Assembly: GCA_934101145.1 (NCBI GenBank)
Contig: CAKOPZ010000003.1
Coordinates: 6,589 to 70,588, forward strand
Origin: an uncultured Clostridia bacterium
GTDB lineage: Bacteria > Bacillota > Clostridia > TANB77 > CAG-508
DNA: 64,000 nucleotides
Reading direction: 5' to 3'
Positions 9,738-19,958 of this stretch are shown in pieces (within the stretch, counting starts at the first letter, position 1; the number at the start of each line of letters is the position of its first letter). Position numbers and translations under genes: made by a program. The notes beneath the pieces were generated by a model. The model did not search any database and was not told the origin of the DNA. It worked only from the letters and a program-made list of their open reading frames with translations.

Positions 9738-11426
9738 TTAGTTGCTCTTTTTTCTTAATAACATTGCATATATAATAAATGCGATAATACTAACAAAAGA
9801 GATTATTGCAGAGATTTTCATTGCAATCGTTCCATCATAAGAAACAATAACTTCTGCATTTTCTAGGCTCTTATCTAATTCAATTTGGACAAATCCATTT
9901 TCAGATTCTTGTATATTTAGTGTTTTATCTACGCCATTTATTTTCACACTATATCCAGCATAATAGATATATGGTAATTCAATTTTTGCTCCTTCATTAG
10001 CATCTTTTAAGGTAAATTTTAGATTCGTTCCTTGCTTCTCTTCATTTTCAATGTTTGCATTTCCTTCTATAACTATTGCTTTATCTTCTCTAGAAATTAT
10101 ATAATCCATATGTTCAAATGCTTTAGTTGGCAAATATTCAAAGCTTGCACATCCTGCATGTACTCTTCCTGTGTTCGCTGTCACTTTTACCGCTGGAATT
10201 AAGCTCTTTTCATCTACCATTTTGGTTGTATATGGTATATTATTTATCCCCATAGGAATTAGTAGTAAAATTATAATTACTGTTAATATCAATATATCTT
10301 TAAATTTAAAGTTCTTTATTACATTTTTAAAATTAATTGCAACAACTATGGCAAAGAAAAATGAAGAAAATTCCAACATCCTAAATGAAAATTGCAACAT
10401 TTTTAATATTGATGGTAATTTTTCAAATGGAAATATTTTTAGTGTCATAATAACGCTAACAACTCCAGCAATTAACGAAAATAAATAAATAGTTTTATAT
10501 TTTTTATCTACTACTTTTATTGCAAATGGAGTAAGCACAAGCCCAATTATTGTTACAATTCCAATATCAAATACCATTCTTCCATTAGAAGTGTATAATA
10601 AATCTATTGGATTCAATTTATAATAAATTAATACCTCTTCTCTTTCCATTCTCCCTGGTTTAAATACTTCATAATCAGTTGTCATTTTTTGTTCTATAAG
10701 AGGTATCGTGAAAAAACAAGTTATACCTATTATAAATAAAAGGCTTATGACTATTTTTACAATAATGTCTTTATCTTTTAATTTTTTAGCATTAATTATA
10801 ACATATATAAATGCAAATATCGCTGTAAGCATTGCAATTACTGTATGTGATAATACTAAGCCTGTACTACCTATTATAAGGTAAATTTCTGGTTTCTTTC
10901 CCTGTTTATTAAATATTTGATATAACCCTTGAAATACCAGCGGTATAAAAATAAATGATGTCAATTCTGCAATCGCTACTCTAATATACATATCTGTTAA
11001 TCTATATGGAGCACATATATAAATTACTGCACCAATTAGTCCTGCATATTTATTCTTTGTAATTGTATAAACACAATTATACATAGTCATTCCTGTTAAA
11101 AAGCTGATTAAAAGCATAAATATCTTCATATCATTTACAAACGAATTAGTTATAAAATGGAATATTAAAGGAACATATGCCGTAATAGGGCTGTAAAATA
11201 AATTCCAAGAATATCCAAAATTATTGCAAAAATGTGACATAATAACAGGAAATATTTGTCCTTCTTGAATTGAGGATAGTGTTCCAATTAATCTACATAT
11301 ATGCTGTATCCCATCATCAATATATATATTATATCTATTACTAAATAGCGGTATTGAAACAATAACCGCTATCAATAAAATAAAACCATATATTTTAAAT
11401 TTTTCTTTCATATGTTTTTTCCTCAC
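9738..11426 (-). CDS. Polytopic membrane protein, GT-C-fold glycosyltransferase-like (paralog 2)
   Basis: 562 aa. About 11-13 predicted TM helices, an acidic first-loop motif IDDGIQH, a beta-rich ectodomain of roughly 120 aa and a C-terminal TM anchor. Paralogous to the upstream gene. Confidence 0.55.
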   Translation of the reverse strand: MRKKHMKEKFKIYGFILLIAVIVSIPLFSNRYNIYIDDGIQHICRLIGTLSSIQEGQIFPVIMSHFCNNFGYSWNLFYSPITAYVPLIFHFITNSFVNDMKIFMLLISFLTGMTMYNCVYTITKNKYAGLIGAVIYICAPYRLTDMYIRVAIAELTSFIFIPLVFQGLYQIFNKQGKKPEIYLIIGSTGLVLSHTVIAMLTAIFAFIYVIINAKKLKDKDIIVKIVISLLFIIGITCFFTIPLIEQKMTTDYEVFKPGRMEREEVLIYYKLNPIDLLYTSNGRMVFDIGIVTIIGLVLTPFAIKVVDKKYKTIYLFSLIAGVVSVIMTLKIFPFEKLPSILKMLQFSFRMLEFSSFFFAIVVAINFKNVIKNFKFKDILILTVIIILLLIPMGINNIPYTTKMVDEKSLIPAVKVTANTGRVHAGCASFEYLPTKAFEHMDYIISREDKAIVIEGNANIENEEKQGTNLKFTLKDANEGAKIELPYIYYAGYSVKINGVDKTLNIQESENGFVQIELDKSLENAEVIVSYDGTIAMKISAIISFVSIIAFIIYAMLLRKKSN

Positions 11427-13149
11427 AAGATTTTTTCTTTATAATTACTACATAGATAGCAAATCCAATCAATGCAATAGCTGAAATTATATAACCTGTT
11501 TTTTCAAGTATCGTTCCAGTATATTTGCAATGTATTTTTCCTTGTGTTATATCCTCTGGAATTGTAATTTGCACAAAACCTTTATCAGATTCTGATGTTG
11601 TTAAATCAATTTCACTATCATTGCAATATAATTTTACGCTGTATCCTGGATAATATAAATATGGCAATTCAAAAATAGTTCCTTTGCTTGTGCTATTTAT
11701 TTTGAAATCTAATTCAAGTGCATATTTGTTTTCGTCGCTTATTATTGCGTTTCCATGTTTTATGCAAACTTTATCTTCTCTTGAAAGTAAATATCCCATT
11801 TGTTCATAGGCTGCCTTCATTGGTAAATAATCTCTATTAACACTTAGATGAGATATTTTTGGATTCTCTAAAACTCTACTTTCAAATGTATCATCTCTAA
11901 CATATGGCTTATCTCCTATAATAGAAGGAGTTTGATAAATGCTTAGTTCCTTTATTGTAAAAGCTGCAATTATAACAATTACAATAGTATATAAAATATT
12001 TTTTAATTTTTCTTTCTTTATAATATTTAATAAATAGCATACATTCATTGCCATAACTGAACTTAAAAAGAACATTGCAAAAGCTTCCATTCTCCATGCA
12101 TATTGTACATTTGTTAAAATATGTGGCATATATATCCATGGAAATAAATTTGTACACATATACAATGAAACAATTCCCATTATAATATTTACAACATAGA
12201 AATCTTTGTATTTTTCTTCTATATGTCTATATGCAAGTGGAGTAAGTATTAACATTATAAGTGTTGGCATTCCTATTACAAAGGAAACTCCCGCCTTTTC
12301 TCCAATATCTTTTAAAAATTGTGAAGGTTTTATCGTATTCTTCATTACCCAGTAGCCACTTGTTCTCATTCTATCCGTATCAAATAAACTATAATTAGCA
12401 TTTGATTGGAATTCAAAAATTGGAATTATAAAAAATGCTGAGATCAAAAGTATAAATATAACATTAATTATGCATTTAATTATTACATCTTTTTTAAAGA
12501 AGTCTTTTAGATGAAGTAATATATATATTATGCAAAATAAAGCAACATATGTTGTTGTAATAGTATGTGAAAGTATTAATCCTACAGCACCAATTGTTAT
12601 GTAATAATGTTTTTTTCCTCCATTATGTAATAAATTATACAATCCTTGAAAAACGATCGGAATAAACATAAATGCAGAAATTTCTCCCATTGCAAATCTA
12701 TTAAAATAAACTTCTAATCTATATGGAAATATCATATAGATTATTGATGATAAAAAAGAAATACCTTTATTCTTGGTTACCTCATATATAAAATTATACA
12801 TAAATATTCCTGAAATAGGAATTGTAAGTGTAGCAAATATCTTTATACCTATACTTGCAGATTTTGTAAGTATAGCAAATATATATGGAATAAATGTTAC
12901 AATAGGTCCATAAAAAGCTGTCATAGCATATCCAAAATCTCTACAAAAAAATGGTGTTACTAGGTAAGGAAATGAACCATTTTTTATTGAAAAAACTTCA
13001 CTTAAAACACGTAAAATATGTATATATCCGTCATCCGTTTCATATAATTGAAGCCAAAAATACGGGATAGCTACAAGTAGCCCAAGTATTGCTATTATTA
13101 AATATTGAATCTTTTTTTTGCTTTTAATGTTTTCTATAATTTTTTCCAT
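11395..13149 (-). CDS. Polytopic membrane protein, GT-C-fold glycosyltransferase-like (paralog 1)
   Basis: 584 aa with the same architecture (ETDDGYIH first loop, C-terminal ectodomain plus TM). Its 3' end overlaps the downstream paralog. Confidence 0.55.
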   Translation of the reverse strand: MEKIIENIKSKKKIQYLIIAILGLLVAIPYFWLQLYETDDGYIHILRVLSEVFSIKNGSFPYLVTPFFCRDFGYAMTAFYGPIVTFIPYIFAILTKSASIGIKIFATLTIPISGIFMYNFIYEVTKNKGISFLSSIIYMIFPYRLEVYFNRFAMGEISAFMFIPIVFQGLYNLLHNGGKKHYYITIGAVGLILSHTITTTYVALFCIIYILLHLKDFFKKDVIIKCIINVIFILLISAFFIIPIFEFQSNANYSLFDTDRMRTSGYWVMKNTIKPSQFLKDIGEKAGVSFVIGMPTLIMLILTPLAYRHIEEKYKDFYVVNIIMGIVSLYMCTNLFPWIYMPHILTNVQYAWRMEAFAMFFLSSVMAMNVCYLLNIIKKEKLKNILYTIVIVIIAAFTIKELSIYQTPSIIGDKPYVRDDTFESRVLENPKISHLSVNRDYLPMKAAYEQMGYLLSREDKVCIKHGNAIISDENKYALELDFKINSTSKGTIFELPYLYYPGYSVKLYCNDSEIDLTTSESDKGFVQITIPEDITQGKIHCKYTGTILEKTGYIISAIALIGFAIYVVIIKKKSCEEKTYERKI

Positions 13150-13210
13150 TTGTATTTCTCCTTTGATATTTTCTCACATAATATTATCAAATAATATTAA
13201 TTTTGGCAAG

Positions 13211-13238
13211 AAAAAAACAGCACTTATAAATGCTGTTT
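13211..13238 (-). terminator. rpmF terminator
   Basis: On the minus strand, stem aaacagca/tgctgttt is followed by a T-run. Confidence 0.7.
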
Positions 13239-13247
13239 GCTCATATA

Positions 13248-13430
13248 TTAGTTTTCTGATTTAGCAACTACTTCTTTTCCATCATAGTATCCACATGTTG
13301 GGCATACTCTGTGTTGTTTAATTAGTTCATGACAATGTGAACATTCAACTAAATTTTGGTTTTCTAATTTCCATGTTGATCTTTTTAAACCTGTTCTTGC
13401 TTTAGACCATCTTCTTTTTGGTTGTGCCAT
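13248..13430 (-). CDS. rpmF: 50S ribosomal protein L32
   Basis: 60 aa. Starts MAQPKRRWSK and carries a CxxC...CxxC zinc ribbon. Confidence 0.95.
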   Translation of the reverse strand: MAQPKRRWSKARTGLKRSTWKLENQNLVECSHCHELIKQHRVCPTCGYYDGKEVVAKSEN

Positions 13431-13504
13431 ACTTCATTCCCCCCTCGACTGTTATCTATTGTATATATCTATATTTAAATAGCTTTCAAAACTGATACCA
13501 TAAA

Positions 13505-13533
13505 ATTATACTAACTTTTCCACTCTTTGTCAA
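13505..13533 (-). promoter_or_regulatory. Sigma-A-type promoter upstream of rpmF
   Basis: The minus strand reads TTGACA, a 17-nt spacer, then TATAAT. This is a perfect consensus. Confidence 0.6.
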
Positions 13534-13588
13534 GTGATATGAATAATTTTTTTGGCATATACGTTACTAAATGATAGTTTTTGAAGGT

Positions 13589-13724
13589 GCATAAGCAATA
13601 TAATATTTCAAGGAAACGCGCAGCGGCCAAACGAAGCCGAAGGCTGAGTGCGATTCGAGCAGCCGTCAATTTTTTGAATTGGCTGCGAACGGCAAGTTTC
13701 TAAGAAATATTATATTGCTTATGC
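13589..13724. repeat. Intergenic repeat family A, copy A3
   Basis: Perfect 21-bp terminal inverted repeat gcataagcaatataatatttc/gaaatattatattgcttatgc around the family A core (ccaaacgaagccgaaggctgagtgcgattcgagcagccgtcaat...). Confidence 0.8.
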
Positions 13725-13828
13725 ATCAATCCAAATTTTAAAACTATTATCTTGTAGTATATACAATTATGTAAACAGTGCCATTTATATCCAATTTTGA
13801 ATATACTATAAATAAGTGGAGGAATTTT

Positions 13829-15068
13829 ATGGGTGGGTTTGTAGGTATAGTCAACTTAAAGAGAAATATATACTCAGAGAAAGAAAATATTATAAGAATG
13901 AGTCATACTTTAGAAAGTATTGGCCCTGATGAATGTGGATATTTTATGGACGACAATATTATTTTATCTCACAGAAGGCTCATAGTAATAGACCCTGAAG
14001 GTCGGAAAACAGCCAATGACATTTAGCTTTAATAAAACTGAGTATACTATAGTTTTTGCAGGTCAAATATATAATATTGATGATTTAAAAGAAGAATTAA
14101 TTTCTCAAAATTTCGAATTAGAAACACATTCAGATACAGAAATTTTACTTAAATCATATATTTATTTTGGTGAAAGCATTGTATCAAAACTAAATGGGAT
14201 CTTTTCTTTTGCGATATGGAATAATAAAAGTAAAAACATTTTTATTGCTAGAGATCAACTAGGTATAATGCCTTTATACTATTATAAAACAAATGATATT
14301 TTTATTTTTTCTACTGACATAAAAGCAATATTAAAACACTCTCTTATTTTTAATAATATTTCAATTGAAAAGTATCCATTAAATAGCAATACAGATTCTC
14401 ATATTGCTAAAACGATCTTTAATAATATTTATGAATTATTACCTGCAAATAGTATGTTATATCAAAAAGGAGCAATTTCCTTTAATCAGTATTGGAAAGC
14501 AAACACAAAGTTTCTTATGGAGGATATTGAATCCACTTATAATAATGTTTATAAATTAACAGAAAATGCATTAAAACATCAATTAGTTTCAGATGTTCCT
14601 TTTTGTTTATTTTTATCCAATCCATACACATACAAATTATTAATAAAATATGCACTAAATCATTGTCAAAATAAGCATATAAGAAAGTTAAATGTTTATG
14701 TGTTACATTGTATGGATTCAAATTTTCAAAGCTTAGAAGTCAATTTAGCAGATAATATTAATAGTATTTTTCAAACAGATATAAATATCATTGTTAATAC
14801 CATTTTTATAGATAATTGTAGCAAAGATTCAGTATTAGATACCATATGTAAAGCAATAAAGCAAGAATATAATATATGTATTTTCGATACTGCTATTGAT
14901 AAGTTGTTTAGAGTAAATGAAATATATAACATTAAATTCATTCAAAAGATATTTAAAACTGCAAGAAATATACGGTCTTAATATAAAATTTCCGTTTTTA
15001 GATATTCAGTTACTTCAATATATTCAAAGCATCCCAGATAATATGCTTCCGAAAGCTATAATAACATG
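13829..15068 (+). pseudogene. asnB: Decayed asparagine synthetase (glutamine-hydrolysing) relic
   Basis: The N-terminus is MGGFVG instead of MCGxxG. There is a frameshift near 14000-14004 (IDPEG then GKQPM in the next frame). The PP-loop SGGLDS is replaced by LSNPYT. A stop occurs at 14981, with an out-of-frame FPFLDIQLLQYIQSIP fragment after it. The C-terminus is truncated. Confidence 0.8.
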
Positions 15069-15069
15069 A

Positions 15070-15100
15070 AAAAATCAGTCTGATTTTCAGACTGATTTTA
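15070..15100. terminator. Terminator hairpin downstream of ppdK
   Basis: Stem aaatcagtctga / tcagactgattt. Confidence 0.7.
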
Positions 15101-15114
15101 AATTATTTTTTTAT

Positions 15115-17736
15115 TTATCTTGGATATTTAATTGCCGCTTGTGAAGCTGCAAGTCTAGCTATTGGAACTCTAAATGGTGAACAAGAAACATATGTTAACC
15201 CAATTCTGTGGCAATATTCTACAGAACTTGGCTCTCCTCCATGCTCTCCGCATATTCCAAGTTCAATATCTGGTCTTGTTTTTCTTCCTAAATCTATGGC
15301 CATTTCAACAAGCTTACCTACACCCTTTTGGTCAATTCTCTTGAATGGATCATTGTCATATATTTTTTTATCATAATATTCTCCTAAGAATTTTCCTGCA
15401 TCATCACGACTAAATCCAAATGTCATTTGAGTTAAATCGTTTGTACCAAATGAGAAGAATTCAGCTTCTTTTGCAATTTCATCTGCAAGTAGTGCTGCTC
15501 TTGGAATTTCAATCATTGTGCCAACCATATATTCAAGATTAGCATTTTTCTCTTTTATAATATCAGATGCTGTTTTGGTAACAATATCTTTTACATATTG
15601 AAGCTCTTTAATTTCTCCAACTAGAGGAATCATAATTTCTGGTTTTACTTTTATTCCTTCATTTTGAACATTTATAGCTGCTTCAATAATAGCTCTTGTT
15701 TGCATTTCTCCTATTTCAGGATATGTTACATCAAGTCTGCAACCTCTATGCCCCATCATAGGATTAAATTCATGAAGACCATTTACAACATTCTTTAACT
15801 CTTCAAAAGTCATATTCATATCTTTTGCAAGAGCTTCTATTTCTTCATCTGTGTGTGGCAAAAATTCATGTAGTGGTGGATCAAGTAATCTTATTGTAAC
15901 TGGAAGCCCTTTCATCTCTCTAAATAAGCCCTCGAAATCTCCTCTTTGCATTGGAAGAAGCTTTGCTAATGCATTTTTTCTTTGTTCAACTGTTTTTGAA
16001 ACAATCATTTCTCTAATTGCTGCAATTCTTTCTGGTGCAAAGAACATATGCTCTGTTCTACATAGTCCAATACCCTGTGCTCCGAACTCATATGCTTGTT
16101 TTGCATCTCTTGGTGTATCAGCATTTGTTCTAACTTCCATCTGTCTATATTTATCTGCCCATTCCATAAATGTCGCAAAATTTCCAGATACAGATGCAGC
16201 AACAGTATCAATTCTTTCTCCATACACATTTCCCGTAGAACCATCAAGCGAAATCCAATCACCTTCATGATATTTTTTTCCATCAACACTAAAGAATTTT
16301 TCTTCTTCATTTACTATAACATCACCACATCCAGCAACACAGCATGTTCCCATTCCACGTGCAACAACTGCTGCATGTGATGTCATTCCACCTCTAACTG
16401 TTAAAACACCATGGCATACATTCATACCATCAATGTCTTCTGGAGATGTTTCAAGTCTAACTAAAACAAGATCTTTTTCTCCTTGGTCATGAAGCTCAAC
16501 TGCTCTTTCTGCTGTAAATACAACTTTACCAGTTGCTGCTCCAGGTGATGCAGCAAGTCCTGTAGTTATTGGAGTTGCCACTCTTAGCTTTTCAGAATCA
16601 AAGTTTGGATGAAGTAATTGATCAAGCTGATTTGGTTCAACTCTTAAAACAGCTTCTTTTTCATCAATCATTCCTTCAGCAACTAAATCAACTGCAATTT
16701 TTAATGCAGCATTTGCTGTTCTTTTTCCATTTCTAGTTTGCAAGAAATATAATTTTCCATGTTCAATTGTAAACTCCATATCTTGCATATCTTTGTAATG
16801 TCTTTCAAGTTTATTTGCATACATAATAAAATCTTCATAGGCTTTTTTGTTAGTACTTTCAAGTTTGGCAATAGGTTCTGGTGTTCTTACACCTGCAACA
16901 ACGTCTTCTCCCTGTGCATTCATTAAATATTCTCCAAATATTTTATTTTCACCTGTAGCAGGGTTACGAGAAAATGCAACTCCAGTTCCGCAATCTTCTC
17001 CCATATTACCAAATACCATTTCTTGAACATTAACTGCTGTTCCCCAATTAGATGGAATATCATTTAATTTTCTATATGTTATAGCTCTAGGATTATTCCA
17101 AGATCTAAACACAGCTTCAATAGCTTCAATTAATTGCTCTGATGGATTGTTTGGAAATTCACTATTTTTTTCTTTTTTATAAATCGCCTTAAATCTAACA
17201 ACCAATTCTTTTAAATCTTCTGCTGTAAGTTCAGTATCAAGTTTTGCTCCTTTTTCTGCTTTCATTTTATCAATTTCTTCTTCAAATAATGATTTTTGTA
17301 TTTCCATAACAACATCACTATACATTTGAATAAATCTTCTGTAACTATCATATGCAAATCTTTCGTTCTTTTTAGCAAGTGTTTGTACAACATCTTCATT
17401 TAAGCCCAAATTAAGTATTGTATCCATCATTCCGGGCATAGATGCTCTTGCTCCTGAACGAACTGATACAAGTAGTGGATTTTCTGTACTTCCAAATTTT
17501 TTACCAGATATTTTTTCAAGTTCTGACAAGCTATTAAATATTTGTTCTCTCACATCATCACTAATGTTTTTGTTGTCGTCATAGTATTTAATGCAAGCCT
17601 CTGTTGTAACTGTAAAACCTTGTGGTATAGGAAGTCCAAGGTTTGTCATTTCAGCCAAATTTGCTCCTTTTCCTCCTAATAGTTCACGCATTGATGCATT
17701 GCCTTCTTTAAATAAATATACATATTTATTTGCCAT
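15115..17736 (-). CDS. ppdK: Pyruvate, phosphate dikinase
   Basis: 873 aa. Has an ATP-grasp N-terminus, the phospho-His region GGMTSHAAVVARG and a PEP-utilising C-terminal domain. Confidence 0.95.
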   Translation of the reverse strand: MANKYVYLFKEGNASMRELLGGKGANLAEMTNLGLPIPQGFTVTTEACIKYYDDNKNISDDVREQIFNSLSELEKISGKKFGSTENPLLVSVRSGARASMPGMMDTILNLGLNEDVVQTLAKKNERFAYDSYRRFIQMYSDVVMEIQKSLFEEEIDKMKAEKGAKLDTELTAEDLKELVVRFKAIYKKEKNSEFPNNPSEQLIEAIEAVFRSWNNPRAITYRKLNDIPSNWGTAVNVQEMVFGNMGEDCGTGVAFSRNPATGENKIFGEYLMNAQGEDVVAGVRTPEPIAKLESTNKKAYEDFIMYANKLERHYKDMQDMEFTIEHGKLYFLQTRNGKRTANAALKIAVDLVAEGMIDEKEAVLRVEPNQLDQLLHPNFDSEKLRVATPITTGLAASPGAATGKVVFTAERAVELHDQGEKDLVLVRLETSPEDIDGMNVCHGVLTVRGGMTSHAAVVARGMGTCCVAGCGDVIVNEEEKFFSVDGKKYHEGDWISLDGSTGNVYGERIDTVAASVSGNFATFMEWADKYRQMEVRTNADTPRDAKQAYEFGAQGIGLCRTEHMFFAPERIAAIREMIVSKTVEQRKNALAKLLPMQRGDFEGLFREMKGLPVTIRLLDPPLHEFLPHTDEEIEALAKDMNMTFEELKNVVNGLHEFNPMMGHRGCRLDVTYPEIGEMQTRAIIEAAINVQNEGIKVKPEIMIPLVGEIKELQYVKDIVTKTASDIIKEKNANLEYMVGTMIEIPRAALLADEIAKEAEFFSFGTNDLTQMTFGFSRDDAGKFLGEYYDKKIYDNDPFKRIDQKGVGKLVEMAIDLGRKTRPDIELGICGEHGGEPSSVEYCHRIGLTYVSCSPFRVPIARLAASQAAIKYPR

Positions 17737-17829
17737 AAGTATCCTCCTTAATTCTTTTGTTTCAAATCAAAACAATTATATATATAAATTGTGAAAAAGT
17801 AAACAAAATTATTCGCTTTTTGCTAAAAT

Positions 17830-18114
17830 TTATTTTATAATTTTCGATATAAAATCATGATATAACATTCCCCCAAGTATTACTTCACACACAAGTATTG
17901 CAGGAAAACCTATAACAAAACGCATCTTTTTAGTTTTGTGTCTAAATGTATACATTCCTGCAATAGCTCCAATGCTTCCTCCTAGAAGTGCTAATATAAA
18001 TAAAGTATGTTCTTTAATTCTCCATTTTCCATATTTTGCTCTTCTTTTATCAATATACATAACAAGAAATGCAATTAAATTTATTATTACTAAATATATT
18101 ATAAAATATTTCAT
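17830..18114 (-). CDS. DUF1294-family small membrane protein
   Basis: Contains YIDKRRAKYGKWRIKEHTLF..GGSIGAIAGMYTFRHKTKK, typical of DUF1294. The start was moved to MKYF. Confidence 0.7.
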   Translation of the reverse strand: MKYFIIYLVIINLIAFLVMYIDKRRAKYGKWRIKEHTLFILALLGGSIGAIAGMYTFRHKTKKMRFVIGFPAILVCEVILGGMLYHDFISKIIK

Positions 18115-18232
18115 TTTTAATCTCCAATCTAAAAAAACAAAAATCACAATACAGTTATACTAAAAAATCATATAATCTGTAAAGTGATTTTATTAAAATT
18201 TTATAAAATATTCATACAACACAATTCACCAA

Positions 18233-19915
18233 TTATTTCTCAATAACTTCATCTGTATAAATATGCAATTTTACCAATATTCTATATAATTTCGTACCAA
18301 AAGGAATCATCATAATATCTTCTTTTGATAAAATCCTTAAACCGAAAATCGCAACTGCATACGCAACAACTCCAACTATAATAGAACATAATGTACTTAT
18401 TGTATTTCCTACAACTTTGTGTATTCCTGAATATGCCAAGAATACACATATTCCCATTATTACAGTCGCAATAATAGGTTTGATAATATTTTTCTTAAAG
18501 TCAAATTTCACTTTTAACTTTTTATTTAATGCTGTAAAGCATATTGAAAATGCAAGTATTTGACATGCAACCGAACCCATTGCAGCTCCTTTAATTCCAA
18601 TTGCTGGATTGCATACTAATACCACGTTTAAAATTGTTTTAGTAAATACACCTAGTCCAAGTGCAACAACTGGAACTCTAGGCAAATTCAATCCATAAAG
18701 TCCACCATTTATAGTTTGGTTTAAAGCTGTAAATATCATTGATATTGTTGATATTTGAAGTATAATAGCTCCATCTGATGCAGTAGGATAAATCATTTTT
18801 AGTATAGGGTTTGCAAGCACTGCAAGTCCCATTGCACATGGTAATATTATAAGTATTGATATGAATACCGAAAATGTTAATCTCTTTGATGCTATATCAT
18901 TTTCTTTTTTAGCAATTGACTCTGATATTGAAGGAACAAGTGCTGTAGAAAAAGCTGTATTTATTGCAAGTGGGAATGTAATCAAAGTATCTATTTTTGA
19001 AAGTATACCTGTTTGTGACATTGCAAGTGTTTCAAGTTGATCTTTTGCCATTCCTGCATTTCTATAAGCATATTGAATACAATTGCTTACTGTTGTCGTA
19101 TCTATTACAGAGCTTATAACAGAAATAATTGAACTTAATGTTATAGGTATAGATATCATAAGAATTGTTTTCAAAAGTTGTTTGTCCGTTTTTTTATCTT
19201 CACTGGATGCTTGTCCTTTTTCTGGAACAATTTTATTTCTTTTATAATACATCATCATATACACAAATGTAATTATGATTGCCATTGTAGTTGACAAATT
19301 ACCTGCTGCAGCCATTATATAAGCATCTTTTCCTATACATGCATATACAAATGTAATTGAAAGCACGCAGTTTAAAAATTGTTCAAGTGTTTGTGATACA
19401 CTCGTTGGTTTCATATTTTGTTGTCCTGCAAAATATCCTCTCATAACAGCTGAAATAGAGACAAATACAATTGCAGGTGCTAGCACCTTCATTACATATG
19501 CTGTATCTGGTACATTTAAAATATTTCTTGCAATAAAGTCTGCTCCAAAAAATAATCCAAATGAAAAGATTAATCCAAGTGTTGAGAAAAATCTCATTGC
19601 AACTTTAAAAATTCTTTGAGCTCCTTTTTTATCTCCTGTTGCAAGTCTTTCTGAAATCAATTTTGAAATAACACTAGGTATTCCTATAGATGAAAGAGTT
19701 AAAAGAAGTGAATATATTTGGTATCCTGCTGAATAATATCCAACTCCTGTATCTCCAAATCCTTCTATATTTGTAATTACTAGCTTATATATTAGTCCTA
19801 AAAATTTAATAAGTAATTGTGAGCACATCAAAATGACAACATTTTTCATAAATGATGTGCCTTTTTTTGTTTTATTTTCTTCCAATTTTTCACCTCTTTT
19901 GATTAATTCTACCAT
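18233..19915 (-). CDS. MOP-superfamily flippase (SpoVB/MurJ/polysaccharide-export type)
   Basis: 560 aa with about 14 TM helices and a SpoVB/YtgP-like N-terminal region. Confidence 0.75.
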   Translation of the reverse strand: MVELIKRGEKLEENKTKKGTSFMKNVVILMCSQLLIKFLGLIYKLVITNIEGFGDTGVGYYSAGYQIYSLLLTLSSIGIPSVISKLISERLATGDKKGAQRIFKVAMRFFSTLGLIFSFGLFFGADFIARNILNVPDTAYVMKVLAPAIVFVSISAVMRGYFAGQQNMKPTSVSQTLEQFLNCVLSITFVYACIGKDAYIMAAAGNLSTTMAIIITFVYMMMYYKRNKIVPEKGQASSEDKKTDKQLLKTILMISIPITLSSIISVISSVIDTTTVSNCIQYAYRNAGMAKDQLETLAMSQTGILSKIDTLITFPLAINTAFSTALVPSISESIAKKENDIASKRLTFSVFISILIILPCAMGLAVLANPILKMIYPTASDGAIILQISTISMIFTALNQTINGGLYGLNLPRVPVVALGLGVFTKTILNVVLVCNPAIGIKGAAMGSVACQILAFSICFTALNKKLKVKFDFKKNIIKPIIATVIMGICVFLAYSGIHKVVGNTISTLCSIIVGVVAYAVAIFGLRILSKEDIMMIPFGTKLYRILVKLHIYTDEVIEK

Positions 19916-19958
19916 TATATTTCTTTGAATTCTATATTTTCACAATAATTTCACATAT

